Positions 28,401-38,156 of a stretch of DNA of 64,000 bases are shown piece after piece. The stretch lies in IMG/VR virus record IMGVR_UViG_3300005672_000033. The stretch is one strand, 5' to 3'. Every line of letters starts with the position of its first letter. Positions within the stretch are counted from its first letter, which is position 1. Both the position numbers and the translations under genes were made by a program. This DNA comes from an uncultured virus (IMG/VR IMGVR_UViG_3300005672_000033) (taxonomy: Duplodnaviria > Heunggongvirae > Uroviricota > Caudoviricetes). Below the pieces are notes generated by a model, which made no database searches, was not told where the DNA came from, and saw only the letters and a list, made by a program, of their open reading frames with translations.

Positions 28401-29149
28401 CACCACCCTGCAGCGATCTGGTCCACATCGACCGCAGGGAGGACAAGGTCGCGCACGTCGATGGCGCACATCCGAAGCACCAGATCCAGCGCCGAACGCA
28501 TGAGGGGATCGACTGTCGGACGGAGCTCATGTCGCGCAGCATCGATGCTCATTCCGCCGACCGTGTTCCAGGCGGCGAGGAGCGAGGCGTCCCGCACGAT
28601 GTTGAGCGCGCCGGTCCAGATCGTTCCGCGCTGGTCCTCTGACATTACCGCTGCGGACGCGTAGAACCCGCAGAGCGTGCGCGCCCAGGTCGCTGCCTGC
28701 TGTGCGCCCCACCATTCGGCCTGGTGCCCTCCTCGCCGCGCCGCCTCCTTGGCGGCGGCGAGCTCCCGCTGGACGCGCAGCGCGATGGGGTGCAAGCGCG
28801 CGAAGAGCGCCTCGCTTGCGCGAGAGATGGTGCCGTCGCCCAGCTCGAGCATCCAGTCGGCTTCCTGCTGCTCGAGCCCGCGAAGCTCCGCACCGACGTC
28901 CTGTAGATCTGCGAGGTCGCACCATGCAGGAGCGAGCGTTCTGAGCGTCCAGTCGGAGATCATGACGCGTCGGCGGTCGTCTGGGTCGATGACGCCACGC
29001 ACCTCGTGGTAGTCACGAAGCGTGTCCTCTGCGGCCGTTCTCACCGGACCTAGCAGGGCCTCGCGGCATGGCTCCTGTAGGAGGTCGAGGCCATGCCGCC
29101 ACTCGTCAAAGAAGTCGGCGATCGCTGGCGACCACGTCTTGTACGTCAC
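28400..29149 (-). CDS. hypothetical protein
   Basis: Coupled ORF in the leftward operon. Confidence 0.55.
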   Translation of the reverse strand: MTYKTWSPAIADFFDEWRHGLDLLQEPCREALLGPVRTAAEDTLRDYHEVRGVIDPDDRRRVMISDWTLRTLAPAWCDLADLQDVGAELRGLEQQEADWMLELGDGTISRASEALFARLHPIALRVQRELAAAKEAARRGGHQAEWWGAQQAATWARTLCGFYASAAVMSEDQRGTIWTGALNIVRDASLLAAWNTVGGMSIDAARHELRPTVDPLMRSALDLVLRMCAIDVRDLVLPAVDVDQIAAGW

Positions 29150-29493
29150 GCCGTCCTCCTCTTCGTCCCCGGTCTCGACCGCATGGGCCTGCGCTCGCGC
29201 GCGCGAGGGGTCACGCGGAGCGATCTCAAGCCGGACAACAACGGGTTCGCCGGACGGCGCTGCCCGGTCGGGAATGCTTGGTAGCGCGTGCGACTCGACG
29301 CTGGGAACGTGGTGGTCGGCGCGCTCTCGACGAGCTGCTCTACGAGCCGACGGAGCTCGGCGGCCGCAGCGGTGGCGCGCTCTCGAAGCACGAGCCGCTC
29401 AAGTAGCTCCATTGCGGCGTCGGCCATCCGCTGCGTGGCGATGACGATCGGCTCGACGTCGAAGTCGATGAAGAGGCGGACGTTGCCGTGCAT
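29146..29493 (-). CDS. hypothetical protein
   Basis: MHGNVRLFIDF..., coupled at both ends. Confidence 0.45.
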   Translation of the reverse strand: MHGNVRLFIDFDVEPIVIATQRMADAAMELLERLVLRERATAAAAELRRLVEQLVESAPTTTFPASSRTRYQAFPTGQRRPANPLLSGLRSLRVTPRARERRPMRSRPGTKRRTA

Positions 29494-30506
29494 CACGCGG
29501 CCTCGCCAGGCTTCAGGTTCTTGCCGCCGGCGATGCGGTTCAGCTTCGCGAGAAGGTCGAGCCGTCGGAAGGCCAGGTGGAGGCTCCCGTTCTTGCACGC
29601 CCTGAACGCGAAGTACTCTGTCGAGCCACGCCCGTCCTTCCCGCAGACGTTGATCGCGTCGACGAGCAGGCCGTTGTTCGTCTTCGCCACCGTGCCGCGG
29701 CCGTCGAGCATCTGGAACGTGGTCTCCAGCGCGAGCAGCCTGGCGCTCGGCGACGCGCCGTAGCCGCTGCCGTACGAGACCTTGAACGGGTGCGTCCAGC
29801 CGCTCGAGATCACGTGGCTGAGGATGACGCGCGGCCCGATCTCGAACTCGGTATTGGTCTTGTAGTGGCTGCCTGGGGGGCGCAGCAGGTCGAAGACCTC
29901 GCGCACGCGCTCGCGCACCATCTCGCCCGCCTGCTCCTGGTAGAAGGCGCCGAACGACGCCACGGCCTCGATCGTGGGCTCGGGCAGGTCGCCCTTCTCC
30001 AGACGCTGGTCGAGCTCTGCCGCGCGCGCCATCGACAGCAGCCGACGGACCTCGAGCCTGGTGGCGACCTCGCTCCACACCGAACGTCGAAGCTGGTCCA
30101 GCACCTCGGCGAGGTTGGGCCTGCTGAAGGTGCGGCTCGCGCACGATCGCAGACCTACGCCCATCCGCTCTTCGGCTGCGTCGAGCAGCTCGAAGGCGCG
30201 GGTCACGTCCCGGACGCTCTCACGGTAGCGGCGCAGCAGATCATCCAGCGGCGTCCTCACGGCTAGGTCGCCGTCGTCGGGCTGTCGCCAGTACCAGGTG
30301 CCGCCGTCGTCGCGATGCGGCTCTGCCGGCGGGCTGTCGGTGGTGAGCGTGTGCTCGCCGCCGCAACCGCACGGGACGACGAGCGCGACGCCAACGACGC
30401 GCGCCGCGTCGAGATCGAGCACCTTCCAGTGCTTCTCGCGGTGAGCGCGGTCCTCCTTGGTGACGGTGGCTCGGCCGTCGAAGCGGCAGAAGCGGAGGGG
30501 GATCAT
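29493..30506 (-). CDS. DUF4942-like protein
   Basis: VFDLLRP...YKTN..F.IG.RVIL...YF.FR..KNG.LHL.F.R.DL...LN. Confidence 0.6.
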   Translation of the reverse strand: MIPLRFCRFDGRATVTKEDRAHREKHWKVLDLDAARVVGVALVVPCGCGGEHTLTTDSPPAEPHRDDGGTWYWRQPDDGDLAVRTPLDDLLRRYRESVRDVTRAFELLDAAEERMGVGLRSCASRTFSRPNLAEVLDQLRRSVWSEVATRLEVRRLLSMARAAELDQRLEKGDLPEPTIEAVASFGAFYQEQAGEMVRERVREVFDLLRPPGSHYKTNTEFEIGPRVILSHVISSGWTHPFKVSYGSGYGASPSARLLALETTFQMLDGRGTVAKTNNGLLVDAINVCGKDGRGSTEYFAFRACKNGSLHLAFRRLDLLAKLNRIAGGKNLKPGEAA

Positions 30507-31411
30507 GCGGCCTCGAGCAGGCTGCCGACGATTCCGCGAGCCATGGGCGGCGGGACCGCCCCGCCGAGCCCCCGGATCGTCGCGAGGCGCGATGCCTTCG
30601 CGGGCCACGCGTAGCCGTCCGAGAACCCCTGCGCGCGGGCGTACTCACGGATCGTCAGCGGCCGATACGCGTCTCCCATGACGTAGACCCAGTGGTCCTT
30701 GGTCGTGATGGTCCGAATCGGTTCGTGGAGCGGGACGCCCGGGTGGTTCGTGACGTGCTGCACGAGGATGCGCCGCCCCGTCCTGGCCTGCGCCGCCCGC
30801 ATGCGTTCGGCCGCCCCCGGGCTTGCATGGCGAATGAGCTTCCACCCGCCGGCCGTCTCGTCGATGCACGGACCGAACGCGGGCTCCCTGGCCCGGCGCG
30901 TTGGCCGCAGTCTGCCGATCGCCCTCTTCGTCGCGACCACGAAGAGGCGCCTGCGACGCTGCGGCACGCCGTAGTCGGTCGCCACCTCGATGCGCTCGTC
31001 GACGTGGTAGCCGAGCCGCACGAGCGCCTCGCGCCAGGTTGGGTAGAGGCGCCACCGGAGCAGGTCCACGACGTTCTCGACGATCATTGCCTTCGGCTCG
31101 CACACGTCGGCGCACTCGATGACCGCCCACGCGGTGGCGCGCATCTCGTCGTGATAGCGCCTCCGGCGCGGCTGGGACGCCGTGCTGTGGCCCTGGCAGG
31201 CGGGCGAGGCCAGCAGCAGGTCGAATGCGGGAAGCCGCGTCCAGTCGGCCTGCCGAAGGTCCTGGCAGGAGTGCTCGACGTGAGGGTGGTTGATCGCGTG
31301 CGCCTCGACCGCGAGCGGCCAGTGGTTCGCCGCCCAGACCACGCGAGCGCCGGCCTGCTCGGCGCCCTCGGTAAAGCCGCCCCACCCTGCGAAGAGGTCT
31401 ATCGCCCTCAC
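30503..31411 (-). CDS. DNA cytosine-C5 methyltransferase
   Basis: DLFAGWGG, SPACQ, ENV, PQRRRR, GGAVPP motifs. Confidence 0.9.
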   Translation of the reverse strand: MRAIDLFAGWGGFTEGAEQAGARVVWAANHWPLAVEAHAINHPHVEHSCQDLRQADWTRLPAFDLLLASPACQGHSTASQPRRRRYHDEMRATAWAVIECADVCEPKAMIVENVVDLLRWRLYPTWREALVRLGYHVDERIEVATDYGVPQRRRRLFVVATKRAIGRLRPTRRAREPAFGPCIDETAGGWKLIRHASPGAAERMRAAQARTGRRILVQHVTNHPGVPLHEPIRTITTKDHWVYVMGDAYRPLTIREYARAQGFSDGYAWPAKASRLATIRGLGGAVPPPMARGIVGSLLEAA

Positions 31412-31857
31412 CGAGTCGCCTCCAGCGCGGCGATTCGCTGTCGGAGTGCCTCCACCTCGAGCTCGAGATCGGGCAATCGAATGATGCGCGCACAGAGCGC
31501 CTCGGGGTCGACACCGCCGTCCACGCGAATGCGCCCGACGCTCGTCTCGACGCTCCGCCCGCTGCTCGCCATCCGCCACGACTCGACCGCGCGGCTGCGC
31601 CTGGAGAGCCAGCCCTTGCCGCACATCTCACACGCCAAGCAGCCGCGCGTGGTCACACCGCCGCAAGTGTCGCCAACGCGCTCAGGGTCGAAGACGAGCG
31701 CACCGCCGCATGGCTGCGGGCAGCAGGGCATCTCGGCAGCGTCGAGCTGCTCGGCGGTCAGAGCGCGCGCTGGGCCTTCGCCGCAGTTCTCGCACGGCGT
31801 GGCCGCTGCGCCCTTCCCGCCGACCTTGCAGGAATCGCAGAACCAGAAGGCGCTCAC
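31408..31857 (-). CDS. Cys-rich (zinc-finger-like) protein
   Basis: Four CxxC-type pairs. Confidence 0.55.
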   Translation of the reverse strand: MSAFWFCDSCKVGGKGAAATPCENCGEGPARALTAEQLDAAEMPCCPQPCGGALVFDPERVGDTCGGVTTRGCLACEMCGKGWLSRRSRAVESWRMASSGRSVETSVGRIRVDGGVDPEALCARIIRLPDLELEVEALRQRIAALEATR

Positions 31858-33029
31858 AAGAGCCCTCCAGCCGCAGCGAAAAGCGGCGCGTCAGCGATCA
31901 GGCGCGACCTCGCGATCGCGACGTTGTGCTCGTCCAGATCGATGCCGACGAACGAGAAGCCTTCGGCCACGCACGCGAGCCCGGTCGAGCCGGAGCCCAT
32001 GAACGGATCGAGGACGGTGCCGCCCGGCGGCGTGACCAGTCGCACGAGGTAGCGCATCAGGTCGGTCGGCTTGACCGTCGGGTGGTCGTTCTCCTCGCCG
32101 CGCTCCGTCGTGGTCGCCTTGCCGCAGTAGAAGAAGCGCGAGGCGCCAGCGCGCCCCGGCTCGGAGTATTGCCGCGTGACGGTCTCGCGCATCTTGCCGC
32201 GCGCAACTGACGTCGACGGCTTTCCGTGCACGTCGGTGGTCCGTGTCTGTCCCCAGCCGGGCCCGCTCTGCTCGTCGAGCGCGCGCACCGGGCAGCCGTC
32301 GACGCAGCGCCAGTCGGGCATCTCTTCGGTGCCGTCGGGGTCCGAGTACGAGTGCATCTCGGTGCCCGCGGGTCGGCTCTCGACGCCTAGGGCGTTGCCC
32401 TGCGTCCCGGCACCGCTCGTGCGCTTGACGGCCCCTGTACCGCTGCCCTTGACGCGCTTCGTGCCCACGAGCTCGCAGCCGTTCGGCCCGTCTACATGAG
32501 AGAGCAGCACGTTTGCCGGCCAGCGCCCGCCTGGGTGGCACGTGATCCCGTTGCCAGGCGGCGCAGCGATCTTCTCCGCTTCGGGCTTCGCCGAGTGCCC
32601 GGATCGCTTCCAGGCATCCGAGCGTTCGCTCCAGTCGGTGAAGATGCGGCAGCCGTCGATGTTGAGCCACGTTGGCCCCTTTTTCGTCGCGAGGACGATC
32701 GGCTCCCACGCCGGCTTGAGCGCGGTCTTGGCCTTCGGCCATCCCTGGCCGTACAGCCACATCATGCAGTCGCGGACGTTCCAACCGGCGTCTTCGATCG
32801 CACACGTGAGGCGGTGAAACGTCCGCGTGCCGCCGAACGCGAGCAGCACCGCGCCCGGCTTGGCGACACGAAGCGCCGCGGACCAATAGGCGGGGCCCGG
32901 GACTTCGTGATCCCACTTCGCTTGCAGGAACGAGAGGCCGTACGGCGGGTCGGTGACGAGCGCGTCGATCGACGACTCCGGCATCGAGGCGAGCACGGTG
33001 AGACAGTCGCCAGCGTGGAGCTCGATCAC
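31854..33029 (-). CDS. N4/N6 DNA methyltransferase (beta class)
   Basis: TDPPY, HPTVKP, LDPFMGSGSTG. Confidence 0.9.
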   Translation of the reverse strand: MIELHAGDCLTVLASMPESSIDALVTDPPYGLSFLQAKWDHEVPGPAYWSAALRVAKPGAVLLAFGGTRTFHRLTCAIEDAGWNVRDCMMWLYGQGWPKAKTALKPAWEPIVLATKKGPTWLNIDGCRIFTDWSERSDAWKRSGHSAKPEAEKIAAPPGNGITCHPGGRWPANVLLSHVDGPNGCELVGTKRVKGSGTGAVKRTSGAGTQGNALGVESRPAGTEMHSYSDPDGTEEMPDWRCVDGCPVRALDEQSGPGWGQTRTTDVHGKPSTSVARGKMRETVTRQYSEPGRAGASRFFYCGKATTTERGEENDHPTVKPTDLMRYLVRLVTPPGGTVLDPFMGSGSTGLACVAEGFSFVGIDLDEHNVAIARSRLIADAPLFAAAGGLL

Positions 33030-33820
33030 GCCCGCACCTCGAGCTTGGGGTACCGCATCGAATCGGGCAGATGCCGTCGCAGCCTTCGGTCTAGCGCCCA
33101 GACGTAGCGGTGCTTCCCGCGGTGCCTGACGGGCCGCGTGGTCGCGGCGACGGCCGCGCGCACCCACGTGCGCCAGTCCCCGCTCGGCGGCGGCGCGCCG
33201 AACGCTACGAGCTGCTCGACCACCGGCTCGAAGCCGCGCTCGCGCTTACGCAGCTTGCCGATGGTCCTGTTGTTGAGGACGTGGCCGTCGGGGAGCAGGC
33301 GGATCGTCGATGGATTGGTTTTGCCGCGATAGACCGCGTTGAGCGCCTGGTAGATGCCGCCGTAGTGGCCGAGGAAGACCTCGCCCCCCGCGATGTCCGT
33401 GCGCGGCTCCGGGTCGGCGTGGGACACGATGGCCTCGAAGCCTTCGAGGCGGGCGAGCTCGAAGACGCGGGCGACGAACCACGACTCGCCGTTGCTCGGG
33501 ACATCGTTCAGGAGCACGAGCCTGCCGAGCTCCGTCTTTGCCAGCCGCTCGCATGGCAGGGGCAACGCCTTCTCGAGAGCAGCCTCGCTCGATGGGTGCG
33601 TGAGGACCGCCACGCCCACGAGCTCACCCGCGCGGAAGAGGCCGGCCCGAAAGCGAGCCGCTCCGAGGGACCGCTCGTAGTGGTGCTGCTCGACGAATCG
33701 CCGGGCCGTCGTGTCGTCCGGGATCGCGGCCACCTCGTACCTCGAGGTCACGATCGGTTCCCCGGCGGGACGGTAGGTGGACCGGCGGTCGCGCCAGCGC
33801 TGGGCGACGTCGACGATCAT
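33026..33820 (-). CDS. Mom-like DNA base-modification enzyme (GNAT fold)
   Basis: FVEQHHY, ELGRLVL...NGESWFV, SHADP, HYGGIYQALN. Confidence 0.75.
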   Translation of the reverse strand: MIVDVAQRWRDRRSTYRPAGEPIVTSRYEVAAIPDDTTARRFVEQHHYERSLGAARFRAGLFRAGELVGVAVLTHPSSEAALEKALPLPCERLAKTELGRLVLLNDVPSNGESWFVARVFELARLEGFEAIVSHADPEPRTDIAGGEVFLGHYGGIYQALNAVYRGKTNPSTIRLLPDGHVLNNRTIGKLRKRERGFEPVVEQLVAFGAPPPSGDWRTWVRAAVAATTRPVRHRGKHRYVWALDRRLRRHLPDSMRYPKLEVRA

Positions 33821-34308
33821 CGCCTCTCTCCGTTCTCGACCGACCACCACGGGCCGTGCTCGTCCTCGCCGTACCCGGTGACGCGCACGTCGTAGCGACG
33901 GAACAGGTCGTCCCAGGAGTCGCAGCGCACGCCGAACTCCGCCCAGCCGCGCTCTCGTTTACCGAAGAGCCAGGGCTTCTTGTCATTGTCGAGCCCGTGA
34001 AAGCGGACGTAGCCGACGCCAAGCAGCCGAGTCGGTGCGTCCGGCGGCACGCGCCCGTTGAGCACGCGGATCTCGCGCGCCAGCATCTCGGCGTGCTTCT
34101 CGAGCTTCGCGATCTCGTCGCTGCGACGTTGGAGCGCCTCAGCTTGGTTGGCGAGGTCGTGGGCGACGTTGAGCGCGACGTTGTTGTCGTCCACGTCGCC
34201 CGGGATGACCTGGACGTCGAGCTTGGCGCCGTTGACGGTCACCGAGAAGTGCGCCGCGCGCTCCCCGTTGGTTCGGGGCCCGTACTGGCTGACGGTGGGG
34301 GCCGTCAC
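33817..34308 (-). CDS. hypothetical protein
   Basis: Coupled ORF. Confidence 0.55.
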   Translation of the reverse strand: MTAPTVSQYGPRTNGERAAHFSVTVNGAKLDVQVIPGDVDDNNVALNVAHDLANQAEALQRRSDEIAKLEKHAEMLAREIRVLNGRVPPDAPTRLLGVGYVRFHGLDNDKKPWLFGKRERGWAEFGVRCDSWDDLFRRYDVRVTGYGEDEHGPWWSVENGERR

Positions 34309-35750
34309 GCCGTCCTCCGGGCGGCGACCCGAGCTGCCTCGACGGTGCGCTCCGCCAAGTCGACGGCGCGGTTGAGGGCCAGATCGTTTCGGCCTGCTTG
34401 GATCAGCAGCAGGACGTCGAGGGCGACGTCTTCGAGCGGTCGCACCACCGAGTCACCAGAAACGACCGCAAGCTCGCGGGCCGCCTCAGATCCCCCACCA
34501 CTTCCTAAACCGAAGGTCGTGCGTTCAAATCGCGCCGGGGGCGCCAGGGCTTTTTGCCCGATCCCGCTGATCACCGTGGTGAGATCGCTGGTGAGATCGA
34601 CCGTCGCTGCGGCGGCCTTCCGGGCCATGTCGCCGTTCAGGTGGACGTAGCGTTCGGTCGTCGTGACCGACTCGTGGTCGAGCTGAACCTGGATCTCCTC
34701 GGCTGACCACGCGCGCCCCCACCAGCCCTGCCCAAGCGACGTCCCGCACGTGTGCCGCAGGTCATGCCAGCGCACGTGGAGGCCGTCCTTCCGCTTCTCG
34801 GCGGTGAGCCCCGCGGCCGCCATCCACTTCTGCCAATCGCGAGGGTCGCCGCGGCGCTGGCAGCCCCGCACGGTGGGGAAGAGCAGTCCGCGCGTATCCT
34901 CGTGGCGAGTCCCGGCGAACTTGGCGCGCTCGACCTTCAGCACGGGGAGCCACTCCGCGATCGCCTGCTTCGCGATCGGCAGGAGGGGGACCGTTCGCGG
35001 CTTGCCGTTTTTCGTCTTCCGGAGCGTCACGGTCCAGTCGTCGAGATGAAGGTCGACGAGCCGGATGTGCCACTGCTCGTTCTGCCGGCAGCCGGTCCCG
35101 ATCGCGAACGCGATGGCGAGCCGCTCCCGCTCGGGGATCGCGTCGCAGGAGAGGACGAGCACCTGCTCGGCGACGGTCAGGTAGGTCGATGTCTCGTGCG
35201 TGCGTGCGCGCTTTCGGATCGAACTCGGGAGCCGGACGCCACGGGCGGGGTTGTCCTGGATGAGCTCCTCGTCCATCGCGTCCTCGAGGACGATACGGAG
35301 GGCGTTGAGGGCGTTCTGTGCGGTCGATTTCCCGATCAGCTTCTTCGCCCGCTTCGCCTTGGTCGCGTCGCTGTAGCCGCGCCCTGGTTTCACCTTCCGC
35401 GTCGCGAGCTGCTTCACGAAGGCGATGACGTCGCCGCGGGTGACGTTGACCAGGAGCACATCGGCCAGCCACGTCCCGAGCAGGTGGGAGGTAAGGACCG
35501 ATCGATACGAGTCCGCCGCCCGCTGGCCGGCGAGCTCGCGGGCGTCGATGGCCTGCATCGCCCACTTGCCCAGCGTCATCCCGCCCTCGCCGGGGTCCTC
35601 GGCAAGCCGCTCGAGCGCGGCGCGCAGGACCTCGGCTGCCTCCTCGTAGGTCGCGCACGGGTCGAGTCGCTTCGAGTTGCGCCCCGGGAGACGGGGCCGG
35701 TGGCGCCCGTCGGAGGTCGTCTCGATCGTTCCTGTTCCTCTGGCTCTCAC
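34305..35750 (-). CDS. int: tyrosine recombinase / phage integrase
   Basis: Catalytic set R (TGCRQNE), K (KTKNG), HDLRH, H (LDHES), Y (ERYVH). Confidence 0.93.
   Translation of the reverse strand: MRARGTGTIETTSDGRHRPRLPGRNSKRLDPCATYEEAAEVLRAALERLAEDPGEGGMTLGKWAMQAIDARELAGQRAADSYRSVLTSHLLGTWLADVLLVNVTRGDVIAFVKQLATRKVKPGRGYSDATKAKRAKKLIGKSTAQNALNALRIVLEDAMDEELIQDNPARGVRLPSSIRKRARTHETSTYLTVAEQVLVLSCDAIPERERLAIAFAIGTGCRQNEQWHIRLVDLHLDDWTVTLRKTKNGKPRTVPLLPIAKQAIAEWLPVLKVERAKFAGTRHEDTRGLLFPTVRGCQRRGDPRDWQKWMAAAGLTAEKRKDGLHVRWHDLRHTCGTSLGQGWWGRAWSAEEIQVQLDHESVTTTERYVHLNGDMARKAAAATVDLTSDLTTVISGIGQKALAPPARFERTTFGLGSGGGSEAARELAVVSGDSVVRPLEDVALDVLLLIQAGRNDLALNRAVDLAERTVEAARVAARRTA
34502..34546 (+). other. 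attP: attP core: 3' half of a tRNA-Arg(CCT), inside the integrase gene
   Basis: TTCCTAA anticodon loop, AGGTC, GTGCG-TTCAAAT-CGCGC T arm, CGGGGGC-G-CCA; no 5' half upstream. Confidence 0.8.
34577..34599 (+). repeat. tandem TGGTGAGATCG repeat, candidate integrase arm-type sites
   Basis: Two exact 11-bp copies 30 bp from the attP core. Confidence 0.5.
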
Positions 35751-36013
35751 GTGGGTGGCCTCGTTCGATATCCGAGTCGTCGCAGTGCAGCATCGGCGCG
35801 CTTCTGCGCCAAGGGCGAAGGCGGGGGACCATCGGGCACCCTCACGCGGGGGCGCGGCGCCGCGCGTGCCTTGCGCGCTCGCGCCGGTGCTGGTCGCTGT
35901 TCGTTCGCGGCAGCGCCTTCCTCCGCGGTAGCGGCAGCGAGCTCAGCCTGGACCTCTGCGATCCGGGCGTAGAGGGCGGCGAGCTCGCGATGGAGAGCGG
36001 CGAGGCGACTCAC
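35747..36013 (-). CDS. small basic protein upstream of int (possible excisionase/regulator)
   Basis: GTGA overlap with int; Arg/Pro-rich C-terminus. Confidence 0.45.
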   Translation of the reverse strand: MSRLAALHRELAALYARIAEVQAELAAATAEEGAAANEQRPAPARARKARAAPRPRVRVPDGPPPSPLAQKRADAALRRLGYRTRPPT

Positions 36014-36378
36014 AGTCTCACCAACTCCGGCCTCCCACAGAACCGCCAGACCTCGTCTTTCACGTGGTCCTTGATCCACTCGCCGATGCGCTCCTCGAGG
36101 TCAGCGATCGCTGCCTTTGACGGCTCGTTGCCAGCGTTGCCGCACTCCTCTTCGAGCCGCTCCTGGATGTCCTCGACAAGCCGCCAGGTCGAGACCATGT
36201 CGGCATGCCTCCCGGGCGCGAACCCCTGCAGCTGGATCTCCTTCTCGCCCGGCCACGCCTTGCGGCCGGCGGCGATCGCTTCGTCGCGCGACTCGAAGAG
36301 CGCGGTGTAGCCATCGGCGCTCTCGTCGGCATAGAGGTGGACGGCTTGCCAACGGGTGGGCTTCTCTTCGCTGCTCAT
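36010..36378 (-). CDS. hypothetical protein
   Basis: MSSEEKPTRW..., coupled. Confidence 0.55.
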   Translation of the reverse strand: MSSEEKPTRWQAVHLYADESADGYTALFESRDEAIAAGRKAWPGEKEIQLQGFAPGRHADMVSTWRLVEDIQERLEEECGNAGNEPSKAAIADLEERIGEWIKDHVKDEVWRFCGRPELVRL

Positions 36379-37277
36379 TCGGCCGCAATCTCCTGCATCA
36401 CCAGCCGCTTCGCCTCGATTGAGGCCCACCGCTCGACCTCGGCATGCGAGTGGCGCATCCGAGGCATGTTCGCCTTGATCCACCCGATGGTAGGGTCGAC
36501 CCCGGCCCGCTCGAAGACGTGCGCCGCGACGAGCAGCGCGTCGTCCTCGCTCGGCAGCCCGAACTCGAGCTCTACGTCGAACCGCCTCACGATGGCCGGG
36601 TCGAGCGCGTCTCTTCGGTTGGTGCCGGCGACGATCACCGTCTTCGACCCGCGTCTCCGGATGTCGTCGAGCACCACCAGCAGCGTAGTGACGATGCGGC
36701 TCTGCTCCCCCATGTCGTTGTGCTTGCCGCGGGCGCACCCGATCGCGTCAATCTCGTCGAGCAGTACGACAGCGGCCTCCTGCGAGACAAACTCCAGCGC
36801 CTTCCGCAGCCGTCCGGACGACTCGCCCAGGTAGGATCCGACGAGCGCATCCATGGGCACGACGAAGAACGGCAGGTCGAGCAGCCCGGCGAGAGCCGAC
36901 GCCGCGCTGGTCTTGCCTGTCCCACTCGGGCCGTGGAACAGGAGCCTGGTAACCGGAGCGAGCCCGCGGGCCGCCAGCTGGCCGGCGTACGCGTGCTCTG
37001 TGACGACACGCTCGAGCGCTTCTCGGATCGGCCTCGCGACGACGAGCTCGTCCACGGAGACACCGGCGTCCTGCTCGCGCACGATGCCGACGAGGTCGCC
37101 TGGGATGGAGAGGGTGAGGCCGGGGTCTCGACCGAAGATGCGGTCGACATCGGCGGCCAAGCCGGCGTCCTTCGGATTTGAGGCAACGACCTGGCGCGCC
37201 AGCGCCTTGACGCGGTCGCGGTCGCGGGACCACACCGACTTGACGATCGCCAGGAACTGGTCGCGTCGGATCCTCAC
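36375..37277 (-). CDS. AAA+ ATPase
   Basis: GPSGTGKT, LLDEID, TNR..LDPAIVRRF. Confidence 0.9.
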   Translation of the reverse strand: MRIRRDQFLAIVKSVWSRDRDRVKALARQVVASNPKDAGLAADVDRIFGRDPGLTLSIPGDLVGIVREQDAGVSVDELVVARPIREALERVVTEHAYAGQLAARGLAPVTRLLFHGPSGTGKTSAASALAGLLDLPFFVVPMDALVGSYLGESSGRLRKALEFVSQEAAVVLLDEIDAIGCARGKHNDMGEQSRIVTTLLVVLDDIRRRGSKTVIVAGTNRRDALDPAIVRRFDVELEFGLPSEDDALLVAAHVFERAGVDPTIGWIKANMPRMRHSHAEVERWASIEAKRLVMQEIAAE

Positions 37278-37621
37278 CGCCACCCCTTGGGGTCGAGGTT
37301 GAACCGCTTCGCGAGCGCGGCCACCGACTCCACGTCGCCAGCGTTCGCCCAGTAGAGACCGGTGCTGTTGAGCCGATCGCCCAGCATCACGGCGGGCTGC
37401 ACCGATGCCTCGCAGCTGCCGATGTAGCGCTCGCCCTCGGGATCGCGGAGGTCGAGCAGCAGGTCGGCGATCTCGCGCCGCGGGAAGAACGCGTGGAAGT
37501 CTGGAGCGCCCTCGTTCTCCGTGAGGACCACCCAGCCCGCGACCGGCATCGGCTCGCGGTCGATCTCGACGTCGTCGACCATCTCGATCCAGAACCCGTG
37601 CTTCTCGTCGCCAAATGTCAT
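37274..37621 (-). CDS. hypothetical protein
   Basis: Coupled acidic ORF. Confidence 0.55.
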   Translation of the reverse strand: MTFGDEKHGFWIEMVDDVEIDREPMPVAGWVVLTENEGAPDFHAFFPRREIADLLLDLRDPEGERYIGSCEASVQPAVMLGDRLNSTGLYWANAGDVESVAALAKRFNLDPKGWR

Positions 37622-37833
37622 CGCTTACCTCCGCGCCGAACGGCACTCCGCACGAGACCGATCGCGTAGACGATGCCCAGCACGGGCCAGCAGGCCGCGA
37701 GCGCGACCATCGCGACCGACCCGTACTTCGGCGGAGGCGTGCCCTGCGCAGCGACCCGAAGGGCGGTGAAGTAGAGCGCCGCAGCGTAGGCCACGAACCC
37801 GAGCATCCAGATCGCGACGGCCTCCTGCATCAT
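37618..37833 (-). CDS. small two-TM membrane protein
   Basis: Two hydrophobic stretches. Confidence 0.55.
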   Translation of the reverse strand: MMQEAVAIWMLGFVAYAAALYFTALRVAAQGTPPPKYGSVAMVALAACWPVLGIVYAIGLVRSAVRRGGKR

Positions 37834-38156
37834 CGGGCGAGCCTCCGGTACATGCGGCCCGCTGACTCGCTGGCGTAGCGCCGAACCCCAGGGTCAGCGT
37901 CCAGCACGCTCGCGCGCACGAGCACGGCGTGCATCGCCCACGTCGTATGCCCCTCGGCCCCGATCGCGGCGCCGGCGCGGACGGTGGCGGCCGGATGCTC
38001 GAGCAGCTTCATGAGGGCGCCCGCGGGCGACGGCTCGCGGACCTCGAGCGCGAGCTCGGCGGCGAAGCCGAGGTCGATGGCGGAGAGGTCCTTTGGATCG
38101 GCGAGAAGCGCGACGAAGGCGGCCGGGTCGGTGCGGGCGAGGGCGACGAGGTCCAC
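37830..38156 (-). CDS. HEAT-repeat-like protein
   Basis: LLEHPAATVRAGAA, DADPGVRRYA. Confidence 0.5.
   Translation of the reverse strand: MDLVALARTDPAAFVALLADPKDLSAIDLGFAAELALEVREPSPAGALMKLLEHPAATVRAGAAIGAEGHTTWAMHAVLVRASVLDADPGVRRYASESAGRMYRRLAR

Noticed and set aside
34502..34546. Functional tRNA-Arg gene
   Set aside because: Only the 3' half is present and it lies inside int; better explained as the attP core
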